A DNA stretch of 64,000 bases from NCBI RefSeq assembly GCF_000002075.1, contig NW_004797760.1, forward strand, positions 164,482 through 228,481, given 5' to 3'. The stretch is from Aplysia californica. Lineage: Eukaryota. Shown here piece after piece: positions 25,601 through 37,600 of the stretch. The notes under the pieces were generated by a model that was not told where the DNA came from, ran no database searches, and was given only the letters and a program-made list of their open reading frames with translations. The number at the start of each line of letters is the position of its first letter. Positions within the stretch are counted from its first letter, which is position 1. The position numbers and the translations under genes were made by a program.

Positions 25601-28600
25601 GTGACAAAGAAGGCTGAGAATCGTCAAATGGAAATGGAAATTGAACTCGTGTCCTGTCGTAAAATGATTACTGAACTAGAGCGAGTGCTCGAAGCACATC
25701 AACTCAAGGCCAGGATTGAGTGCAATGCCTTGAAAGACTTACACTGCCAGACTCTAAAGGTTGGTGTAACAGGTTGTTTTTTTGCAATATCATTGCACTC
25801 TTCGTTTCAGGCTTAGTTTTCTGTCATATCTGAATGCAGGATGAATTGTTCATGTATGACTCTGTTACACCACCTTTCTTTCTATTAACTTAATACATTC
25901 ATGTCTCTATTTTTTCCTTAGTCCTTTATTTCCTGGTTTGTCAAACTGAACTATGTAAAATGGACTTGGGTGATATTTCCAGAAAAATAACCCCCCCCCC
26001 CAATCCTCAAACCCACACACCAGTGCTCTATTATGATTATAGTGTCAAAAACACAGCTTTATTTTACAGCATATTTGCCTATTTTTGGCAATATCTATGA
26101 AATTTGTATGATTGTAACCAATATTTTGAGGGTGAAAAAAGGTTACATTTTGTGTTGTATTCACCTTGTTTAATCCATACACAGCCTCCTGTGCCCAAAA
26201 TCTCTCATATCAAGATTATCCTTATATCTGTATCTTCTTGAGAAAGATTTCTAGATTGATGGTCCACTCAGCAAAAGGATACTAAACCATTGTCACTAGC
26301 CCCAACTTTTTATCTCTTCCTTTTGCCCAGACTCGCTGGATGGTTGATGTTTGCTGTGGTTTTGCTAGCTCCTTCTACTTCTTTCTCAATGTTTCTAATG
26401 TCTAAATCTGCTTCTTGATGAATGTCCACCACAAGTATCCGTCTCTTTCTTCCTATCTCCGGTCCACAGAACCTGTAATTCCAGCCCTTTACTTTCTGCT
26501 GAGTGGATCATTTGAAGTACTTCCCGTCTCTCTCAGATTCTTGCTTTCATTCCCAGGTCATGACAACTCCAAAGATGAATGGCAAATGTGACTCTCCCGG
26601 CACACCAACAGTGGGAGAGGCAGCAAACACTGAACAAGGCATCACCGAAACAGCCCTGCCCCAGGATGTGGCAGAAGGGGCCCATGATGCGCTCATGGAG
26701 GAGATCCAGACTTTGCAAGTGGAAAACGGGAAACTCAAGGTAGGTTGATCCGGCTTTCTCACTGCTCAGCCAGGTGCGAAATATCTTTTCAGGTAACAAA
26801 AAGCAAATATTTCTGTAGTTTAGTATTAAATGAATCATTTTGCTGCAGTGCCAACTTATTTACTAACTCAATAAAAAATGTGTCTTCAGAATAATTTGTT
26901 TTCTATTTTGTAACCATTTAAAGTTCTCCACTGTGAGACAAACAAGTCTTTGTTTAACCGATTGCTTGACATTTTATTTTTTTCTGTCTTCTCGAGCAGA
27001 AACTTGTTGACGACCACGAAGCAGAGAAGTTACGCATGAAACAACAGGTGGAAAAACTTGAACTGTACAATGAACAACTGAATGGAGTGAGTATTTGTTA
27101 ACACCTTGCCTGGTCATCAATCCTGTGTCTTATGCAGCTTTCTTTGGACTGTCAATTTGCGGAGGGGGGAACCCATTTTGGTATGTCTAAAGATGCCATG
27201 CAACAAAAGGTTTGGCCTTTGAAGTTGAACTTACATTTATGTTTATAATATTTTATACATGGTTGCTTGCTTTATTAAATAGACTACAGTATCACTCAGT
27301 GGCCTACATGCTTACCCTGTAATCTGTAGGTCCTGGATTCATTCTCCCAGGTCCTTGGGCTTTGCCCCGTTATACTTTCCTGACTTTCAGATACTTTTTT
27401 GCTGAATTGCTAATGGATTAAGGGCACTAAGTTTAGCAATAGCCAAAACAAATCTAAAATAAACGTTTCTTTTAATTTATACAAATTTGGTCGCTGCGAA
27501 TAGCATTCAATAATATATATGTTTGACTCCTCAGGTACTTGAGAAGGAACGCACAGAAAACACTTCCCGCAGAAATGATTATACAACGGCTGTAAATACT
27601 TTAAAGGAGGAGATAGATACTGTAAAAAATGATCTGAAATGTGAGTATTGGTTGTCGCATATGTATTCTATATTTTCTTTTTCTTTTTTGTATGGTTCTA
27701 AATCATTAACTGTAACATGTTTTTTTACCGAGTAAGTTCTTTCAGAAGACTTTTATACGGTGAAGTGTCATGATAGAAATGTTTGCACAGGATTTTTAAG
27801 AAGATCAAAACAGCCTGTACATGCAATAGCCACTGATGAGAAAATCTTATTTGTTAGAAATATAACTAACCTTGTGTTCATCAAATGGCTGCCTTTTCTG
27901 TTTCTGTACAGTTGGACTTAACGACCGTTGTTTTCCCTGTATGTGCCTTGTTTGTGTATTAAGTTAACTCTGTCCACCCAAAGTCTTATCCCCACGGACC
28001 AGGATACAGATGCGGTACATGCTATATCACACTGTCGCCGATCGGCGTCCCGTGGGGAAAAGGTACATCTTCTGACTGTCGCCGATCGGCGTCCCGTGGA
28101 GTCAAAGTGTTAACCCTATCCGTTCGTCATGTTTTACTATTGTATCCATACGTCGTGTGGAACTCTTTGCCACCACTTCCAAAGAGGAAATTTACTCGTT
28201 ATTCTGATCCGTACGCTTTGCATAGCAGTCTGTCAAAATGATTTTTGGAGAAATACTGAAAGTTTCAAAGAGATCTTCACACTGGAAGTATTCTAAAATT
28301 TGAAGAATACAAGCCCGGCGGTACAAAATGACCCCAGGGCGTACGGATAGGGTTAAGGAAGATCAATAAATGTACTGTATTAGTTTTGTTTTGACGTCTT
28401 GTAATCTTTTTGTACTATGCTCTCTTCCTCTTATGATGGGATGGCTTCATGTGCTCAGTGCTCAATGATGAGAACACGGACATTCACCTCGTTCTCAAAT
28501 CAGCTGACAAGCAGCTGAAGGAAGAGAAAGAGTCTCGCAAAAATCTTCAAGCTACTTATACACAGGAGATTCAAGTATTAGAAACAAGGGTAAGCTTTAA

Positions 28601-31600
28601 ATTTGTTTTTTTTCCCAGTTGTCTTTCATAATAAAGATGATAAATCTAATTGCTGGTAGTTCCTTTGAATGAACAAAAAAGATTTTCCACACTCAAGGAT
28701 TGATACCTTATTTTTCCTTCTGTGCTGCACTGATAAAACCGGATGGAAAAGTAGGAAATATGTAATTGTTTCAACTCATTCAGTGCTACTGATGAAAATT
28801 CTTGTATGTCTTGTTCTGGCCCATGTGTGTTGAAGAGTAAAAGAATAGCTCTGCCTTTATCTTTTGTCACATGAGTAAAAGGAAAGCAGTCTAGATATGT
28901 TTTATAGCGTCATTTTTTAATGAATAATGCTTGATACTTGCTTTTCAGTCTTAGGCTTAGTGTTGTCGAAGTTTGGCTTTTTGCAATGGCCTTCAGTCAA
29001 GGAAAATGATCAATCGTCCCAAAACAATTTTTCAATGTGAATACTTTGCAGTTATTATTGTATTTTTATCAAGAGTTTGTTAAACAATCTAGTTCATCAA
29101 GTGATAGTGCTGACAGTGGCTTTGGTTTTGATGGCAATACTGGGACAACAAATGCCTGTTCCATCAAACATCACAGCTATTGTATCATTTATGCACTCAT
29201 TGACCCAAACACTCATACAACCAAAAGACACTACTTTATGTCCTAAATAAGCAGTAGAAAAAATTGTGATGATAGATGAAGCAGTTTTTCTACTCTAATC
29301 TTTTTCTCAACCCACCTGGTTCACTCAGAAATTGCACAGCACAGCAGGGAAATGCGTAGGTTTTCACTCAGCGCTGAATGAGTTAGGTCAATGTTGACAA
29401 TTTGTTTTCTGTCTTTGGTGCGCAGTTTGCAAGAGCAAATATTGACCTTGAGACAACAACAAGAGATTATGAGGAAGCTCTGAAAGAACTGGGAAGCATA
29501 AAGGTAAGTTGAAGTGTACATTTTTAAACTACGACAATATTCAGCCTATAAATTTTCATACTTGTCTTTTAGTGGACTCTAGATATCGTGTGTCAATGCC
29601 TTTTTACAAATAGTTGCTGAAATTTTTGACATAAATGTTTCATACAGATATGTCTGTGGTATTTAAAGGGAAACAGATCTCAACAGGTCTACTAAAATTA
29701 AACCCCCATAAAAATTCCAACAATATTTATGAAGGGTCTAGCAGCATCTTTGAGTTTTCTATTTCTTTTCAGTGTTGCCATTGTCTTACGATATTGCCCG
29801 GTGAAATGTTGTTATTGCACTAATTCGAACTACCACTCAAGTATATGTTCATCATGTTCTTTGGCTGTCTTTTTAATTGTGTACTAAATCCTCCCTCTTG
29901 GGTAGAAGTCAAGTGGTCAAGAGTTTTCATTTTTTGGAACTGAGAAAACCCTCCAACTCTACAATGTCTTAATTTTTTACTGACTTTGATTATGCCATGG
30001 CTTTTTTGTAGTGAGCTCTGATGTTCTAAAAGCATTAGTATTTTTTTCAAATTCACAGGAGGAACTGGAAACTAATCGACTAACTGTCAGCTTCTTGGAG
30101 AATCACTCTCAAGAGTTAGAGGCCCTCCGCAACCTGGAAATAAAGAAACGTGAGAAGTTGGAGATGGATTATAATGTAGGTGTTTAAATATTCTGATCTA
30201 ACCATTGTTGATATTTTAGACAACTGTTTTTTCTTGTAGAACACTAACACATGATGATGCTCATGGGATGTGCTGACATGCCCACTCACCCAGGTTCCCT
30301 CTGGAGTCGGCTGTAATGAACAGGTTCACAGTAGTGTGGCATTAATACACAGGACAGTTGTTAAGTTTGCTGTTTCAGTGCGAGGTGAAAGCACGGTGTA
30401 TAGTCAAACCTGCCTGTACAGAGACCTGTCCAAGATGGAAACCTGTCACAATAGAATCTCCCCGCTCTCCCCTTGATAAATTCCTCTATATTACGTGTCT
30501 AAGATGGATACCTGCTCAACTTGGAAATGGAAAGAAAAATTCCTTCCCTCTGGGGGGTTTTCACTTGTCAACAATGCTTTGCCCACTCGGTCCTGATTTG
30601 AACAGAACTCCTAAATTTGGTTCCCTCAGCTTTAACCTTTACACTATGCTGCCAGGCGAGAAAAGGAGGAAGGGATGCTGTTTGTGGGGGTGTGAGTGTG
30701 AAATCTCTCACTTCTTGTGAAAGCGCTCAAGTGGCGCTCCAGCACGGAAACTTTCCTGGGTAGACAGAAGTGTGAAATTAATTTGACCACTGCCTGCTGC
30801 CCTGATCGTACAGCAAGCCGGGAAAAAAGTTCCTTGAATCGTTGTTACATGCAGGGGAGAAGTGGCATTGGTTGGTTGTGCTTATTAGTATTACATTGAT
30901 GGGTGGAGCTAAGGGAGGAAACAAAGGAGCCTGTGTGTAGAATAATGACTCTGTGTTGGGCATCTGTACAATTTCAGGATTTGGCTAACTCATGCTTCAT
31001 GCAGGATGTCTAACTAGAGTAGAAACTTACAAGAAAGTTTGAAAAAAAACAACCACTTTGGAGTGTAAAGCCTATCTCTTTCTGTGTAACGACAATTCCA
31101 GGCCCTGCAGTCATCTGGAAGTATGCAGAGTTATCAGGAGTACAAAGAGCAAGCAGAAACAAACCTCAAGTTGAAGCAAGCGGAGCTGGAGGCTGTCAGA
31201 GCTGAACAGGAGCAGGTCATAGCTCAGCAAGCTCGTGCCATGGCCGACAACAAGGTAACTTGTGGGCATAGCGTGCGTGTAGAATCTCCCCGCTCTCCCC
31301 TTGATAAATTCCTCTATATTACATGTCTAAGATGGATACCTGCTCAACTTAGAAATGGAAAGAAAAAATTCCTTGAGGTTTTGAAAGTGATATGAAAAGA
31401 TGAAGAGAGAAACTGGTGATTTTTACTCCAGACCCCTTCTGTTTTCACTTTTGTCCTCTTTTGTTTCCACGTATTATGAGGGTCCTTACAGCAATGAATT
31501 TTGAGATAAATCTTTAGCTCTTGTTATATGTCATGGATGGTGAAGTTTGGAATATAAAAGTAAAGTTTAGTGACTGAATTATAACTGAGTTTTTTAGATA

Positions 31601-34600
31601 CAATGTTTTAATTCTTTATAATAGGAGAAGGAATCCCTGCATAATTAGTTATTTCTTCAATACCCCATAATCATCTCAGAACAACCCAGTTTTAAATGAG
31701 TAACTTCTTGCCCAACAAAATGTCATTCTCTTCTAGCTGTCTTGACGTGTGCGTCTTTGAGCACTTTTCTTCTGCAACAAAGCTGAACGTATCTTGTCTT
31801 GACAACCAGCCTACATGTGTGCATAATATCTAGGTGCATGTCAGGGTCGGGTGAGCGAAAATGCCGGTCATTTTCATTTTTCTAAGTTTTCCTCCTCTGT
31901 GTAACTTGTGTAGATTGTTAGATTGTGTTCAATGCTGTAAAATGGTAGATGCAAGTCTGCTTGAATAATAAGGCCATACCTAGGAGAATGCTCTTTGTGT
32001 CTAGTCTCAGATTTGGGGTCATTGGCACTGTGGAATAATCTGCTACTTTTACTTCTTTCCCAGTGTTTCTATTGTGGTAATCTTTTTCTGCAGAAATGTT
32101 GAAATAATAGAGTTAGATTGGTCATGCGGGGCCTTTAAAAAGTTAGTTCATACTTCTTTTCTTTCCCTCTGCTGTTTCAGTCTGTCTGTCTGTCTCTTTC
32201 TTTTTTCCTACATTTCGTGGTTGTTTTTATGTTGATGTGCTTCATTTTACTCTAATAACTTTTCAAAATTGACCGGTTTAGGAAGCCATTGCCAACTTGA
32301 TGAGCAACCTCCATGAGCTGAAGTCCAAACTGAACAGCCAGGAAGAGGTCAACGGTACCTTGAGCATGGAGAACGAGAACTATGCTCTTGAGCTGAAGGA
32401 TCTGAAGCGAGACCAGGAGCTGACCTCTAAGGAGCTGGCTTGTGTTCAGCAAGAACTGAAGGACATTAAGGAAAAATACAAGCATCAGCTCATGCAAAAG
32501 GTCTTTGAGGTACGCAGTGTCCAAATTGTTTTGTTGTGGTGTGAAGGAGTAGTGTTTTCTGATCTTTGTTATAGGCTGTCTGTTCAGCAATACGTAAAGC
32601 AGTTGATATTGTAATAAAGCATAAACGTTTTCTGTTTCGCAAAACAGTCCAATCTATGACTGGTGTGGATTATTTGTATTCGGAAAATTATTGATCCCTT
32701 CCACTTATAAATTTGTTTTATTGGTCACATACTTCGAATTTTAAAAAATTGCATACGCTGCAGCTCCTCATGAGAATGAATGAGACTTGATTAATACTTT
32801 TCTTTGTTAGAGACCAAAATAATGATTCTTAGCTTAGCGTTTAGAGTGTTAATGATCTCAAAAGTACCGTCCATACCCATCCATGCAGTTGTTAATATGT
32901 TCTTTCTCTGGATTTTATAGATTGATAACCTGCAGCAGGATCAGGAAAGTGCTAATAGCCATTTGCTGAAGCAAGAAGAAATCATCTCCAGCCTGCAAGG
33001 ACAGGCAAAAACAAAAGATGTGAGTGCTTATGAAAATAAATCATTAACCAATTCAGATGTTTCATTTTCAATGTTTATATTATGTTGTTAGTAGTGTTGT
33101 GCGATTTAGAGAAAATGGAACTTCATCGATGCTTCGAAGGGTGAGTTCGCAATTTATGCTACCCGAATACTGCTATGATATGTCCATCCCTAACTTTTCT
33201 ATTCAACACTCGTTAACTTTTCTTAGTGCCAGTCACTGAGTGTGAATGTATTTTCGCATGACGTCACCATTTGTAACACTACGAATTTCGTGTGACAGCT
33301 AATTTAATGGTAAAAGCATTCACTGGGCTTCGAGAGTCAAGTGCCCTTGCTTGAGCTATTCATGGTGTGACTAGTTCATATTGAATACTAATGGATACTC
33401 TTTAGTGCCATGTTTTATGACTCTTGTTGGCTCCTCTTATCTTTCTGCCTTGAAATCATCATGTACGGAGTATTTCTGTGTATGTCTCAGTGAGATTTTA
33501 TAGTATATTCCAATTTTACTAAGGTTTGAGAAAAATGAGGTGAAAATTCTTTATCTGCATAAAAATCACACACAATTTGAATGGCTCTGCCACGCTTCGA
33601 ATAGCAGGAAAATCCTGAATGTTGAATAGTGGAGTCAAATAGGCATAGCCCTAGCTGTTAGTCTCATGCACAAAAGTGCCTGATATTTCAGTGTTTATAT
33701 TATGTTGTCAGTGCTTCGCGATTTAGAAGAAATAAAGTAAAAGCTTCTTTTACTGAGGCATGTATAGGACACAGTTATGTACTTCTAACATGGTTGTACT
33801 GAGTGATCCCTTCGTATGCAGTGCGTTTTTCTTCTTCTTCTTCCTCGTTCTCGGCAGTGCGTTTTAAAAAGAATTTAATTTTTCAAAAATGATGTTTTCT
33901 TTTTATTAATTCATTTTTAATTCTTAAATTCTTTCATTATTGCAGTTGTTGTGCAAAGATCTTCAAGATACAGTTGATACTTACAAGAAGAAGGTGATGA
34001 TCTGTTTTACCAAACACAAGTTACAAAATGTCACTGTTTTGTTGGCGTAATCAGAATTGCATTCTATATTAATGTTTGTACTGTTTTTTTCCCGTAATAT
34101 GTATTTTATCATACTGGAAAGTGAATATTTTTATTGAAAAAATTTATAGCCATATTCTTTTGAATTGATTAATTTTATGATTTTGCCACATTTGAATAAA
34201 AAAAATAAAAGAACTATACTATTTGAAGGACTTGTGAGGCCTATCACCTGTTTCAATTTGAGCACTCGCATTGTCATGATTTTACCCCCAGATCTCGGCT
34301 GCCGTTTCCCACATTAGATGGGTTTAAGAGATATATACTTTTAGACAAATATTATGGTCTCTGCTGTGTGTTACTGGATTCCATATAGATTTTAAAAAAG
34401 CAAAGTAATGAAATTGGAGAGTAGGCCTACCCACTGAAAAACTGAAAATTTGTGATGGGGCTGACCCAGATTGGCCATATGTTGGGGCTTTAGGGCTTTC
34501 TCAGAGTCAGTTTTGCTTGGCTGTGTAATCTTTATTTTCCTCCTTTATTTAACAACGCAATTTTTAAAAATATAGTTCCTATCATGGAACCTGTAAGATG

Positions 34601-37600
34601 TATACCTGTTTAGAAAATATATCTTTGTTAATTGATTCATTGGTTTTGTTATTAGCTTTCTGATGCGGAGCAAGCAATGCAGGAAGTCGTCAACAGGTAC
34701 GAGAAACGACTTCAGGAGGCCAGTGCGAGTGACAAAGATACCGACAGTATAAAGAAGCTGATGCAAGACAAGAACGTTGAACTGGAATCATATCCTTTTG
34801 GCAAAGCACAGAATAACAATTTCTGCATGATAATGCAGTAAAGTGCATTATAGAAAAATATTAGGTCTCATTTCTTTCTTACTTGAGACTTGTAAGTTTT
34901 TTGCAAGGTGGTATTTCTTACATATTCATTATTCATTTTTGACATCTTGTTTTCAGGGAGATAGCATAACTTGTGATGATGACATTATCTGTTTTACCAG
35001 GCACAAGTTTTAAAAATGTCACTGTTTTGTTGGTGTTATCAGAATTGGTCGCTTTTAAGAACAAGCCGGTAACCCAGATTTCGGGAGTTTCCAGAAATCT
35101 TGACTTACACCAAAAGTAGGCATTGCCCTACCTATAGGATAAGTTTGGTTCCTTTGGTGTGTATATTTGTTTGGTTATAGAGAAAATGAAACTGAACAAG
35201 GGGCAAAAACTTTACCTTCGATTTTCTCAAAACAGCATTTTTTGGGATAGCCCCCTTGTGCTTAAAAGCGACCAGTTGCAGTATATATTAATTTTTGTAA
35301 CTGTTTTTTCCCCTTGACTCTTTCGTAAATTGCGCGTGAATTACAAGAAACTGAACTCTGCTTTGAGAGACTACGAGCAAGCTCGCAAAGAGAAGAATGA
35401 GGAAAATGAGTTGTTGAAGGTAAGAGATTAATGAATGAAAGAAAAGTTATAAAGTTATCAACAGATTTTTCATTGCTTTGTTCAGTATTTTACCATGTGG
35501 GCTGCTCCATCAAATGCATTACAGATAATGAATTACTCTTTTAGATCAGTCTTGTCATGTCCTAAATAAATATTCTTCTAGAATGATGTTGTCTCATTTG
35601 TAAAGTAAAACCAAGCTGTGATCTAGACTAATGTGAAAGCAATCAACTTGTGTCCTGCGCACTCACATAACCTCGTGCAGTTGCGAGTGCTGTAAAACTT
35701 ATCAAACTAAAACTAAATTGAATATATAGAAAATGTAGTAACAGACATGTTACTTTTCTTTCACCAAAGTTTTATTGTTTTTTGTACAAAAGGAAATTTG
35801 AGGTGAATGTTTCATGCTCTCGAGATGAAGTGAAAATGTTTGCACCTTTCTGAAACTTCTGAACCCATATTTCTTTAAATCATAAACAAAAGTGATATTT
35901 TGCTTTTAAAAATAACTTTAAACTAATTGTTGAGGTGCTTTCATTTTCATTATATTCCATTTGAATCATGACTAAATGGTGTAGCAGTTTTAGTCTATTT
36001 TTTTTGCTTTTGGTACTCACAGGCCCAGGTTTTGGAACTGGAAGTGTGCAACCAGAGTTTGCTCACAGGTAAACAGGAAATAGAGGAGCTACAAATGAAG
36101 ATGAATGCGCTGAATGTCAACAACAAAGAACTGTGAGTATCTTTAAATAGACCATCAGTGTTTCTCGTGTATCTGGCAGCACCTGGGACAGAAAATTAGT
36201 TCCTGGAGAAAGTGGGGTGGGTTTGTTTTTTTTGGGTTTTTTTAGCTACCATTTTATCTTTTAGATTTTTAGAACTTAATTTGAAATGTATGTCATCGTC
36301 TTTTTCCCGAGGTAGGCGTCTACTTTGCATGCCACTTAGAAATCATGAACTTTATTGCCAAACTAGGAGCACAGAAAGAGCAACCAGACAACAGCATCAG
36401 CTACACAGAGATAAAAACTATTATACATACACTATTTAAAGCACCACAGACACCAGATAGCTACCGTGAGCTGTCCCGCCAAGAACAAGTGATTATCTTC
36501 CGACTAAGAACACAACACACAAGATTTGAGACAACATATGTACAGATGTTTTAAAATAGTACAATCACCAAAATGCCAGTGTAATGATTTTGAAAAATAA
36601 GTTATGGTACTGGCTCTTGTTGTTCCAAAATTAAATACATGTGCAATGACCAAGATTCATTTTTTTAAAGATATGAAATGTATGGAAGAAATACAGCTGC
36701 ACATCAACATGTGATGCATAATTTTAAGTAAGGAGTGTCCATGATTTTGTACTTTCACAGCATCAAAAGCATGGAGGCTTCACTTAAGGGGAAAGAGGAG
36801 GAACTACAGAAAGAACGTTCCAGTCTGAGGAAAGCAGAGCTGAGTTTGGGCAATGTTCAAGAGGAGTGCAAGACTTTGGAAAAAAAGTAATGAGTAAATT
36901 CAGTACAGTGTGTTCTCACATACCAGTGTGGAAGAGACATTTTATCCTTGTTTACTTTGGAAGACCTCTGTGATTGGCTGGTTCTCTGGCGCAGTCTGTT
37001 CTTTTTCTTTTCAGTATTATTATCACTCTTTTATAAACATTACTTAATGCGGGTGCAAACCTGTGAAGTGCTCCGATAAAATTGGAGCTCTCCGATTAAA
37101 AAAACAAACCCATCTAGAATTCTGTTTCCATTGGTCTTATACGATTCATAGTAAATGACTTGAAAATACACATTTTTAATTGCTTTTGTTTGCAATATTT
37201 TGTACCACTTTTTGTGGAAACATACATTTTCATTTGCAATATCTGCATGACTTATGGTAAATGACATGAAAATACATATTTTTATTTGCATTTACAGTGG
37301 AAGTTGGATTCAACTAAAGGAGTTTGATTCCCTGGATTTTTTATTCATAAAAATCAATAAAAATAACTCTGATTTAACGAACACATAAATGAGCAAGCTC
37401 AGATTCAACTAAGTCACTTGCAGAGTGAATTGTTTTATGCAACCAATCAGCGACCTCCTTTCATACCAACATACACATTGTAAGCGTGCATCCCTGTCTT
37501 ACGGTGTGTAGGGGTCGGACAGGTGGCCAGCACACGTGTGCGTGTGTAGGGGGGGTACAAGCGGTCAGGGCGTGGAATGTCAGTAGAGATACAAAAGAGA

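Noticed and set aside
26533-26838. Antisense ORFs over KIF15 exons (also 32252-32590, 34545-34766, 41827-42177)
   Set aside because: Shadow frames of real coding exons.
29037-29246. ORF with [13 protein letters not shown] as an extra KIF15 exon
   Set aside because: The flanking exons join in frame without it, there is no good donor, and no homology is recognisable.
33994-34100. C/D-box snoRNA suggested by GTGATGA (also at 34973)
   Set aside because: The motif coincides with the splice donor, and I see no properly placed CTGA D box with a terminal stem.
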